NCBI GenBank assembly: GCA_003693705.1
Contig: RBZT01000278.1
Span: forward strand, 62,001 to 126,000
DNA length: 64,000 nt
Source: Polymyxa betae A26-41
Lineage: Eukaryota; Protista; Endomyxa: Phytomyxea
Reading direction: 5' to 3'
Below are positions 52,834-64,000 of this stretch, one piece after another. The translations under genes were made by a program, and so were the position numbers. The notes beneath the pieces are model-generated. The model saw only the letters and a list, made by a program, of their open reading frames with translations. It had not been told where the DNA came from and searched no databases. The first letter of the stretch is position 1; each line of letters starts with the position of its first letter.

Positions 52834-53958
52834 TTAGCGAATAGAGGAACTGATTGCTTGCAGCAATAGCTCCTCTGGTACTTTCATTACTGATCTGCTG
52901 ACGCTTTGTCTCGATTTTCTGAAGTCAATGTTAGATCGTTTAAACTGAAAACAATCGGTGCTTACCTTCAGCTTGCTCTGATCTCTTTCTATCCGCCCGA
53001 TTAACTCATTCCATGCTCGGGTTTCACTGGCGTCCAATTCAAACAGTAAAGGAGATTTATAGGCGCTGGCAGATGACCCGCATATCTGCATACTGCTATC
53101 TGTTTGATCTTCTCCATTTCTATCAGCAATTAACACATCACTTGTTGTGATCGGCAACGACATTGACGTCGCCGTCGAATGTCCTGTCTTGCTTGAAATG
53201 TCTGTTGGGATGATATTCTCTCCAGAGATCTTCAACATATCGTCTTGGTGGCGATCGTTAGCGTGGCTCCTGACATCCTTTTTGCTGATAGGTTTCGCAT
53301 TCCAGCTTGGATCGTTCATCAACAATAACATGGCGTTCTTCTGACGCAACTGTGCGATCTCATTTGCCTTGGCGATCACTTCATTCTGAAACGATTCCAC
53401 CAGTTTCCGTAAGCGCTTAATCGTAGAACCTTGCTCGTCTCCTTCGCCGGCCGGTTTGCCTCTCGTCTTGCCAGAGCGCGCCTCAGAACGTGTCGACGAC
53501 ATCGGTTCCAGAAAGCGACCCGGTTTTGTCGATTCGGTTTTGGCGACGTCTAGTTTGGGCACTTTCACAGCAACGAAATATCTCTGTTGAGGTTTTACAC
53601 CAGAGCTGATATCTAAAATTTCAGGCCCTGCTGGATGGCTTTGAATGACGTTCATGATTCGGTCAAGCTTCGATTCCGAATCGGAGAGCTTCAGCTTCAG
53701 GTCGGCGACTTCCTGTCGCAAATTGGCGTTCTCTTTCGAGATCTTCCGCAAGGCGCGTTGCGATTCGGATGTCGACGTCGCGGCTGGCTTTCGTGACAGC
53801 TGAATAGATTTGATTTGCTGCGGATTGTCGCGATCAGGCTGTACGACGGGGGTGTTGATTGGCGATGAAGTCGCGGATGAAGTTTCCCATGGATCTGGTG
53901 ATGGAGAAAGCCCTCTCTGTAGATCACGATCTGGTAGCCGGATCGTATGATGCAACAT
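52834..53958 (-). CDS. Hypothetical coiled-coil protein (3' end probably spliced further)
   Basis: 374-aa ORF with heptad segments such as ENANLRQEVADLKLKL. Confidence 0.6.
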   Translation of the reverse strand: MLHHTIRLPDRDLQRGLSPSPDPWETSSATSSPINTPVVQPDRDNPQQIKSIQLSRKPAATSTSESQRALRKISKENANLRQEVADLKLKLSDSESKLDRIMNVIQSHPAGPEILDISSGVKPQQRYFVAVKVPKLDVAKTESTKPGRFLEPMSSTRSEARSGKTRGKPAGEGDEQGSTIKRLRKLVESFQNEVIAKANEIAQLRQKNAMLLLMNDPSWNAKPISKKDVRSHANDRHQDDMLKISGENIIPTDISSKTGHSTATSMSLPITTSDVLIADRNGEDQTDSSMQICGSSASAYKSPLLFELDASETRAWNELIGRIERDQSKLKVSTDCFQFKRSNIDFRKSRQSVSRSVMKVPEELLLQAISSSIR

Positions 53959-54415
53959 GTATAAAGTGAACGCCAGACGGCTCGATAGGAGTCGTACGTT
54001 GCGATTCCGATCCTGTCCAGATTTCCTCCATGTACCTTTGCGAAATTTTTATCACGAATAACTACTGTAATAAGTTCTGAAACTACTTTCTCGTTCTCGA
54101 TGATATGTTCTAATCATGTACAGTATTCAGAAAATGCCATATTTTCTATACACGATTATTTAGAAAACTCTTTCCGCTCCACATTAGGCTCAAATGGACT
54201 GTTATCGAGTCATTCGCCCAAGTTTACAAATGCAAAAAACTCAGTTTGATAAACTTCTCGAATCCGTGAACAATGATCATGTCTTATTTTTTAAAATGTG
54301 TGAGAATTAAGCATCCAAAACCGGGACAGAAACATGTCCGAAAGAAGGCGAGTTCGCAGCGAAAATTTCCACTGCGAATTTCGCTGATTAAAGCGGGATT
54401 GCGTCCCGACAGGCG

Positions 54416-55265
54416 ATGACGTCCGATAGGCCCAAGATGCAGGCCTTAACAAGGCGCCAGGCCCAGGACTTGATTCGCTTCATGCAGTCGTCTGGATTTG
54501 ATGAGGCTCGTCATGCGTTCGTTGCGGTCGTGAATGGACATCACCTTTTTGATTGGTCGCAGGCTGGAGCGCGAATCGCGAGCCTATTTTGATAGCGCCT
54601 ATTTCGTGTCGCTCGTTGAATCAGGGCGGATGCAGCAGCTACTGATGGCCGATCAATATCTGTCAGCGATCGTTTCGATGTGTGCTCGACCGGCCTTGCT
54701 GCTTTCCTATCAGCTTCGCGTCCATATTTATCTTCTACATTTGCAAAGGTGAACGTGCTCGACATTCGATCTCTCTTTCTGAAAACTCTGTTCTAGGTAA
54801 TAAAGCGAATGCTTTCGACGTTTTTTGATGATGCATTTTCAGCGGCGATACGACAACGGCGAGAGAATTTCTGCAGAACATTGCCGTGAATACGATTCGT
54901 TTTCACGATTCATTGTTTGGTACCGATTCAAACAGTGCAATTCAGGGACTTTCTTCAACAACGTGAAACAATCGAAAAAATTTGTTGAAATTTGACTGAG
55001 AAATTGACGATAGGACGAAAGATGCAGTGACATTGGTTCCATTGCATTTCGAGATGTTGAAAGAACTAACGAGACGAACCGCTGCAGCGATCGTCGAGCC
55101 GGATGATGATTATATCAAGGTAATCCAGTGTTAGGGATTCTGCAATCTGTTAGTAATGGATTTCAGGTAATGTCAGAAGGTTCTGATAGTGCCATGATGG
55201 ATTCGAGATCAGATCGCGATTCAATTCGCCAGTTCCGAGGTGCCAGGAAGAATTCTTCACAATAG
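54416..55265 (+). CDS. Stand-alone LisH-CTLH protein resembling the TOPLESS N-terminal domain
   Basis: Spliced: DLIRFMQSSGFDEARHALERESRAYFDSAYFVSLVESG...YLSAI...YQLRVHIYLLHLQSGDTTTAREFL. No WD40 repeats before the stop; later exon boundaries uncertain. Confidence 0.7.
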
Positions 55266-55569
55266 GCAGACACATTAAATAAATTTCCAGTGTCCTATCA
55301 GAATTTTTGAAATCTTGTCGATTAGCTCAGCATCATCTATCATGTAAAGTTACAACAGTCGCTCGAAGATAGAAAATCGGGAATGAGCTGAAGCAGACAA
55401 CGAAAAATTCTAAAAAAAAAATCTCAAATACAGTAGCAGAAGGATAAAAAGTTGGGAGGCCGCTCTCTCTGTTGTCTTATCTGCGCCTTTATCTCGAAGT
55501 CTCAACTGATCTTATAACCTACTTTTCTTTCATTGTCTGAAGTGATCTTCTTCGTCGCTGCCAATCATC

Positions 55570-57052
55570 ATGTCCGAGGATCGACGTGTGTCTGCTGTCA
55601 ATAAGTATCGGCGTAAAGTGTTAGAGCACAGGAATATGGAGACTCGTGTTAAGAAACGTACTTACTCCCTGGCATTTTAGTCCCTATGCTATTATTGGCT
55701 TATATATATTCTAGTTAGGGACGATCTCCGAAAACAAAATGCAGAATTTGACAAAACCGAAGATGATCTCAAAGCCATTCAAAATGTCGGCCAGATTATC
55801 GGAGAAGTGCTCAAGCAGCTAACCGAAGACAAATGTAAAAACGTTTCAGACTCGTTGTTTTAGTGATATTTATTGCTGCTTCTACAGTTATTGTGAAGGC
55901 GCTTAGCGGTCCCAGATATGTTGTCGGCTGTCGTACTGCTGTCGATAAAGCCAAGCTGACTTCAGGAGTTCGTGTTGCTTTAGATATGACCACATTAACT
56001 ATTATGCGAATGCTGCCTCGTGAGGTCGATCCTGCCGTTTTTAACATGTTAAACGAAGATCCCGGAAATATTTCCTATAATGACGTCGGAGGGCTAAACC
56101 AACAGATTCGCGAACTTCGTGAAGGTTTGTCACTGTTTGCTCGCTTCAATATCTTTGTAATTATGCTCTTAGTTATTGAACTTCCATTAATCAATCCAGA
56201 TCTGTTTATTCGTGTTGGCATTAAGCCGCCGAAGGGAGTTTTGCTTTATGGTCCGCCTGGAACGGGAAAGACCCTTTTGGCACGATGCATGGCTAAAAAT
56301 ATCGAGTCCAGTTTCATTAAAGTTGTTGCATCGGCTATCGTTGATAAGTATATTGGAGAAAGTGCTCGTGTAATTCGAGAGATGTTCGCCTATGCTCGTG
56401 CTCATGAACCCTGCATTATCTTTATGGATGAAATCGACGCTATCGGTGGTCGTCGTTTCTCTGAAGGAACCAGTGCAGATCGAGAAATCCAGCGAACTTT
56501 GATGGAGGTACATTCACGAGATGGGATATGCTCAGTCGTTGAACTGACGATTTTTTTCTAGCTGCTGAACCAGTTGGATGGTTTCGATTCTCTTGGAAAA
56601 GTCAAAATGATTATGGCTACGAACCGTCCTGATTGTCTCGATCCTGCCTTGCTTCGTCCTGGTAATATCTTTATCCTTGCATTGCCCATGTGGTTCACAA
56701 TCAGTTCAGGTCGCCTGGATCGAAAGATTGAAATACCATTGCCTAATGAACAACAACGTTTGGACATTTTGAGAATTCATTCGGCTAAAGTTGCTAAGCA
56801 CGGCGACATCGATTTCGAAGCTGTCATCAAGCTTACAGACGGCTTTAACGGTGCTGATCTCAGAAATGTCTGCACAGAAGCAGGTTTGTATCCTATGAGA
56901 TTGACGATGTCTTTATAACCCGACGCTTCTCAGGATTATTTGCTATTCGAGGAGACCGAGACTATGTAACTCAGGAGGATTTCATGAAGGCGGCTCGTAA
57001 AGTCGGTGATAGCAAGAAACTGGAAAGCCATTTGTCGTATGAAGCTGTCTAA
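55570..57052 (+). CDS. PSMC6: 26S proteasome AAA-ATPase Rpt4
   Basis: [64 protein letters not shown]. Six introns. Confidence 0.96.
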
Positions 57053-57477
57053 ACTAAAAACTTATGGATTTCATCCATGTTATTTACCGACTCAAATTTG
57101 TATCTGTCTAATGCAATACGGTGAAGGCATTTATAATTGCACGATCCATAACGGAGTTGCTACCAATCCATTTTTGAACCATGCATACTTTTTTAACCTG
57201 ATTCGAATGCAGCATTCAGAATTCTTCAAAGAATCATCTGGATAGATTGATGTCTAGGTGTCAATCCACAGCTCATGCATAACAACTGATAAATGATATC
57301 CAACTTCGCCAGTCTAGCCATACAATTTAGTGAAAGCAATTACAGCCAAGATGTTGATTTTTGTCAGTCTAATGAAACGAAGAGCGTCGTCTCGGCTTCG
57401 TACGGTTCAGTATATTGATCAACCAAGAGCAGACATTCTATATTAAAATCGCTAAGGTTGAAATCATCCTTGCAAGA

Positions 57478-60400
57478 TCACAGATGGTTCTCCTTATCGT
57501 ACGGTGGCACTGATCTATCGGTTCTTGGTCGTTGCAAGTCATTTTTTGCAAAACTTGATTGATCACGCTGAGCGCTACTAAGTTGAGAAATCAGCATCTG
57601 AAGAACGAACAGAGCGTTACAATACCAGTTGGGGCAGGTGTTTTTAATCAAGGCATACTCTTTAAATTTCTGGAATATGTCACCAAAACAGAGGATACTG
57701 ACTATAGTCTTTCCTTACCTGCATAATCTTATTCACTTTTTTGTCGTTGTTTTTCTGCACTAAAACCAGCTTTTGGTTCGCATTTTCCAAAGCCTCAGTC
57801 TTAATTTGAACTTCATCCTTTAACTGGACGAGCTCTTTACGCAACTCATGCACTATCGGGTGTTAATAGAGGGCGAATTTTGTGCTAGAATGATACAGAC
57901 CAGCAGTTGGATCACTAGCAGATGAATGGACGTTTGTGAAATCGTGAACAAGTTGCTGGTTTTCGTGAGAGAGTCGAGAGACTTTTTCTTCCAGTGAAGC
58001 ATTACGTCTAGCTAACGCCGTTTCCCGAGCTTCTAATGCTTGCAAGTTGGATAAAACCTGATTCAATTCGTCGGTAAGTTGAGAGCACTTTTGTACGCGT
58101 GCGGCATTCTTGGCGCGTAAATCTGTAGATTCCTAATGACAACTTTACAACTATGACTATAACTGAAATTACAATGAAACCTTTTGTGCCGTTTCCAATT
58201 GCAATTGAGCTGAGCGCATCTCTTCACTCTGATCTTCATATTGCTTAGTCAATGACGATAGCTGATGCATAGCAGATTTGAGCTCAACCTAGATAACCAG
58301 TTTAAACAAGAGCATAATAATGATTTCAATGACCTCAGTCTGCTGAAGCGAGGATTGCAACTGGTTAACTTCCGAGTGAAGTGAACATTCAATATTGGAT
58401 AATTTCTTCAATTCAGATTTCTCGTCATTTGATGACCTAAGAAGATTATCATAGCTATTTTGAATTTGATTATTCTGCTGCTGTAAGTTAGACAATTGCA
58501 CCATAAGGTCTACGGCAATTAGGCAACAAATCGCGACAAACGAAACCTGGATCATACCTTTGTTGAGTTCTTCTTCTCTTCTGATCTTATCCTGCAACTG
58601 AAATGATTCCTCTTTGAGGCGGAAGTGAGCCTAATCGAGATTTATATTGGAAATCATATGATGAGGAAAGACAAATAAATCACCTGAACAGCGTTTTCTT
58701 CGGCGTCGTTGCGGCTAGACTCAGCAGTTTGCAACTTTTTCGTGACAGAATCAAGTTCCTATGAATACATTTATCGGCAAGGCAACTGCAGCCGAACCTC
58801 CACTGATACCTGGCGCAATCTGCCGAGTTCTTCACAGCTTTCAGAAAACCTTTTCTGATCTGACTCGTAAACAGCTCGCAAGGAATCCAGTTCTTCACGC
58901 AACGATCGTATACAGTTTTCAGAGTACTCCTGTTCCTGTTTTGCTGCCGATGCTTGGTTCCGTGCAGCGTTTAATTCAAATTCACAGCGCTCCTGAATCA
59001 AACTTTTAACGGAAAACAAAAAACGGTACTGACAAGTAATACCAGCTGGGCTTGCGTAATGTTGAGCTGTTCTGTGAGCTCATTGAGCTGCCGACGATGG
59101 TCTCCTATTTGCTGCTTTGAACGTTCTTCTGCAGCTTTGAACTCTTTAACTTGTTTTTGTAGTGCAATCAAGGATTCAGAGGCGTTGCGCGCAGCTGCGA
59201 CTTCCTATAAACAATGACCAGACAAATTTCAGCATATCGGTCGTTTTTACATTCTCTCTGCTTGATATTTGTCTTTCCATCGTTTTCAAATTACGTTCCG
59301 TTGCCGCTCGCTGATTCTTTAGGTCAATTATTTCCTTTTTAGAGTGCATCGATAGTTCCTCCATCGAGCGAATCTTCGATTTAAGGCGATCGATCTCAGA
59401 CTCTGACCGTTTCAGTGCCTTTTCATTTGCAGAACGGAAATACTGTTCTTGCTTAGAGGCAGAGAGAGAAGCGATCTGATTACGACGTCAAGGAAACAAA
59501 CAAATATTGAACAAGCGAGCAAACCTGGGCGTATTGCTGCTTAGCTTCAACCAATTCATGAGCCAGAGATTCTTTCTCCTCTTGAATCTTATCAAGTGAT
59601 TCACTTAGTTCAGTTATTCGGTCTTGCATGGACGATTCTATCGACATAAGCTGATCTCGTAAGCTATCACGTACTTCCTCAAGAGATGACAATTTCTCAT
59701 CGGACTCCTATCATAGAGAGTAACTTTCAGAAATGAAGATATTAGTCCTGCAAACCTTGTGCGAAACTTCGATTTGTTGCTGGCGATCGAGAAGCAACTG
59801 TTCTGAACTTTCTAAGCGATTTTGCATTAAAGTTAATTGTTGGCTACAATGGGCTTCAATATCGAAGCGCTTTTTTTGTTCTGATTCAATGTCGCATCGC
59901 GCTTTCTACAAATATTTAACAAGAAGAAAATCGGAAGTACCGCTCTTCAAACCTCTAATTCCTGAACAAGCTTGGAGACCTGTTCTTCAAGGACAAGTTT
60001 GTGTTCAGTTAGTTCCTGCTCGGATTTGTTTGATTTTGCGATTTCCGCAGCCATTTTGCTGTTTTCTTTTGAGGCCTATTTCAAACCATCAGGAACAATA
60101 AACATGATGCCAAGATTTATACAGTTTCAAGCCTGTCTGAAAGACTTGTTTGTATCTGTGAGGCGGCCTGGCGTTCCTGAAAAATCTTTTCTTGTAAAGC
60201 TTCGAGTTGACTTCGAGTTTTTTTGACCTCAAATTCCGACATCTGCAAGTTGGTTTCGGCTCGAGCACATCTAAACCAATCAGATTCTAGGTGCTGATAT
60301 CAGTCCAAAGAGTTACCTATCGCGAATGGACTGGTTCTCCTTTTTTAAAAACTCCAGTTCTTTCAAAGTACTTTCATCAGGAACGGACTTCTCATTGTTC

Positions 60401-62643
60401 TGGAGCTGTTTCGCCGGCACCACGTCTTCTATTAGTGATGAAACTTGGACATCATCATCATTTGACACATCCTAAAAACTGGTAAGCGTAAATGGGTAGT
60501 AAACAGAAGTGGAAAAGCTAACATGCTGATGCTCTAAAACAGGCTCAAGGCTGCGTTTCATGGCACTGAAATCCTGCCGGAAAGGCGCCTGAAACATCGC
60601 AGCGTTTTGGATACTGAATGACGCTATATTGACGGTTTCAGCAACGGTCTAAAGAGCTAAACGATATTAAGTACCTGGGTCTACTGTGCGACGCCGGCGA
60701 ATAGCAGATCGTTTCAAATCTTGTTTGCTCACAGAATTTGCTGTAATGGAAGTTTGCTAAAAACTACTTAGAAGTATGTGTGAAATCAAAAAGTCAACGT
60801 ACCTCGACGTTCACGTCCAGATTATTGGCATGAATGAACAGTTTGCGAAGACGCTCGAATTGAAATTGAGCCTCTTCCAGCTGACGGGTTTTGTCTTCAC
60901 ATTGCAGTCTCAAATCATATGACTCATCGGATCGACGAAGCCGAGACTTCAAGCTTGCAATTTCTTTCTGTAGGCGATGGATTTGGGTCTGTTCATCGAC
61001 AATCTGGAACCGAGATTTTAGGATAATCACTAGCAATTCAAGATACAAATGTACCTCGTTTTTCTTGACCATGTTCTGGATAGTCTTAGCTCGAGATGCA
61101 AACTGAATCGTCGATATGGTTTCATCAATGTGAACAGACGCGGGCGTGACGGCACAAACAATGACAGTAAAGGAATTCCCTCCAAGAGCGGAAGCCAGAA
61201 TCCTTTCAATATTATCAACCTGATGACAATGAACGTGCTATACTACCTTGTTAGTTTCGAATCTCGAAAAGGAATGTGCCGGCTGGAATTTCCTTCACTT
61301 AACAGTCGGATACATTTTCCCAACGTCAGCAGAGACTTATTGATGTGCCCTTAATTGCAGTCATCATCAGAAAACGGGAGCAATCAAAAGGAATGAAAAC
61401 AAAGAGAGACTTAGAGAATGTGAAAACCTGATGAAAATACACTGCCTAAGATTATAGAAGAATTGAACGTACCTCCTTCCTTCAGTCGCAAACCGGTCGC
61501 GCCTGTAGTTGAGACCCGTTCACTTCCTGCTAAATCGACCAAATTCAGAGAAGCAATCTGCACGCCTCCATCGACCTGGAATAAACGGTTTTCAGAAGCA
61601 ACGAGAGATCAAGTGGATCAGTAACCTGATCCAGAGACTGTCCTTCGCGTTGTCGTTCGCGACTTTCAATAGCTAATCTGAAGATTGAGTGTGATCTCGA
61701 ACTTTCTTCGTTCATATTTGTAGCAGCGGTTTGACGGCTTGCTTCAATCAACATCAACAAAAAACATTTCGGGCTAAACAACAGCTACCTTGGCCCTTTA
61801 GAAGAAGGCCCATAACCTCAGCAGGAGATCTGAAACAGTAGTCTTTCAAATTTGATGGCTTGAATGATGAATTCTTACCTGACATTAACTTCTGTGAGCC
61901 GGCCTACTATGATATTGCCATCGGCGTTCTCTTGAATCTTTAGGTTTGTGTTATCAGGGTTCAGTAAATCCCGAATGACTTCGTTGCTGCATAAACCATT
62001 GGTCAATGGCTCTCAGATGCCGTAATGAACCCTACTATATCTCAAGATGGGAGACTCGTAGCAGAAATTCCCGATCTTCATGCTACCTTGCAGCTTAGCA
62101 TCATTCATAGCAAACCCTATGATTGCCCAACCTCTTGAATAAATTGGAAAATATCTGATAAAGCGAACGGAATGATTCCTGGCGATTCGCGCGTCCCCAT
62201 CATGGTATGGGTCTTTCCAGACGATGTCTGTCCATAGGCAAAAATAGTCCCATTAATACCTGAAGCAAGAATATGAAATATGTCGTCTTGTTCTAGTCAG
62301 TAAGCTACCTTGCATCGAGGCATTTACTACTGAAGCTGCAATAGTCTGATAAACAGATTCTGTCGTTTGAGTTTCGTCGAAAACATGGTCGAAAGCATAT
62401 TGATGCTGAGAGTTCACTTCGTCTGTTCTAATTCCAGAGTAATTGTCGATAATTTAGAAACAATCTGGCAGCCTACCGTTCTATTATCTTGCCATCAGTG
62501 ACACGCCAGGCCTGGCGTGCTCCCATGAGCCGTTCGCGTTCGTTCAAAGGACGAGCTCTGATGGCGACTCGAACCGATTCATGACGAACATCAACATCGT
62601 TGACGAACAAATTGGCAGATGTCGGAGTCTGTCCATCAGACAT
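57478..62643 (-). CDS. Kinesin-7 (CENP-E-like) motor with long coiled-coil stalk
   Basis: [73 protein letters not shown]; coiled-coil exons downstream. Confidence 0.9.
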
Positions 62644-62998
62644 GACTGTCAATAATGTGATAGAATGATGCAAAATTACTGGAAAGCAATTTGAATATCG
62701 CGCGGAGCCCGCCTTCTAAGAGTAACGAACCCTGATAACACTGCAATCCTGCCAAAAAAACCTCTCTATAAAGTACAAGACCACACATTTCCTTTCATAA
62801 TTAATGATAGTTTTATGAATTCTGCAGAATCCGTTGTTGCCATAATTGACAATACTGTAAGAGCAATGCTATGCTCTTGGGCGTTTGGATCTTTATATTC
62901 GGTGGAAGTTCTTGCTTCTACTTCATGACTGATTCAGAATTGGTTAGCTCTCGGCTTGGGGATAACTAATAAACGTGAATTCTTTAATATTAGATATG

Positions 62999-63812
62999 TT
63001 AGATATTAACTTCACGTGGAACCCATACAGCTCGACAATGAGGGCAGCGACCTGGACTAACAGGCATTTGCCCACGAAAGGAGCCCTCCAAGCAATCCAG
63101 GCAAAGTTGCCTCCCGCATTGATTACAAGCGTGCGAACCAGATTTCGATTTGCTAGCATCGTTCCGACAGATAAGACATTCCAACGACGACAAATTGATA
63201 TCTCGTGAAGGACGTTTTAATGCCTCGGCAATGCGCTCAAAATGCCCCAGCCTGGTTTGATCAGCAAGTTTCATTCCAGAAATAGGGAAATCGAACTCTT
63301 TGACATCAGCTCGAAGATCTTGATAAGCAGCAAACCATTGCCGAGCGCTGTCAGCGTGCAAACACGACACTCGGAGCCAGGTATGCCATAACCATGCAAT
63401 TTTACAGGAAAGCAAACATTGAATTAAAAATTCAGTTTTAGGCTTTTTCTCGTCATGTCCCGGAAGTTCCCAGTGCACAAGGAACTGTTGAATCTCCAGC
63501 TTCAAACTTGTCCAGTGTTGAAAGGAAACAGGACCTCGGATCAGAGTTACAATCGTATTATGGAAATCTTGGAGCTTAGCACTAAAAGTGGCGAACGGCT
63601 TTTCCGTATCAGGAACTGACATGTTTGACGGCAGAGCGCTAACTAGCTGGTTGGGTACTGCAGTAGAAGTCAGGAAATGGAAAGAACGGCAGTGAGGATG
63701 TGCTCCTACCATAGCAACTCTTATTAGGTTGGGCTTCAGTATCTTGGGTGCAGAAAGCCAAGGGGCTGAATGTCCAGCTCAAGGCGAGCAATATCCTGAA
63801 ATCGATTGGCAT
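62999..63812 (-). CDS. Putative secreted protein with a C-terminal all-Cys RING-like finger
   Basis: Exon 1 MPIDFRILLALSWTFSPLAFCTQD...; a 52-nt GT-AG intron (63709-63658) joins in frame to the 62999-63712 ORF; CLIC-x13-CNQC-x4-CLDC-x15-CPHC. Confidence 0.7.
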
Positions 63813-64000
63813 GCTTTGTCTGATACTCGGGCAGTTGTCGACTGCGATCTGCAGATTGTCGGTGTGATTGGATTATGAAATGGATGAGAAAGTAATTGTA
63901 TCAGCCATGCATGTCCAGATGGGTTCCGGTATCAAAAGGGAAAGAGGAGACCTCGTCTTTGGGACATCACACTGGGCCGCATCTATAAATAGAGCCAATC

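Overview
This is gene-dense eukaryotic nuclear DNA with about 28 protein-coding genes, mostly 45-55 nt spliceosomal introns and very short intergenic gaps. The gene set (class I-type PI3K, TTC16-like and calcyphosin-like proteins, CRIB-RhoGAP, signal-peptide RING) suggests a flagellated protist, possibly a plasmodiophorid plant parasite; this taxon is an inference. Recognisable housekeeping genes are Vta1, MsrA, SFSWAP, PI3K, SERF, S1P lyase, PSMB1, ecdysoneless, a BRO1 protein, RPT4 and a CENP-E-like kinesin. The most unusual coding features are an ATP-grasp ligase/SET methyltransferase fusion, three Con-10/KGG stress-repeat genes, a bacterial-type EttA with a transit peptide, an FHA/CHD-like/FYR protein without an ATPase, a stand-alone TOPLESS-like LisH-CTLH domain and a putatively secreted all-Cys RING protein. 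Non-coding highlights are long introns that look like two abutting normal introns (candidate zero-length-exon recursive splicing), an LTR+PBS retroelement relic, a candidate Pol III ncRNA and telo-box/site II motif pairs in divergent promoters. All gene models and family calls are manual; no searches were run, and no rRNA, complete tRNA or CRISPR array was seen.
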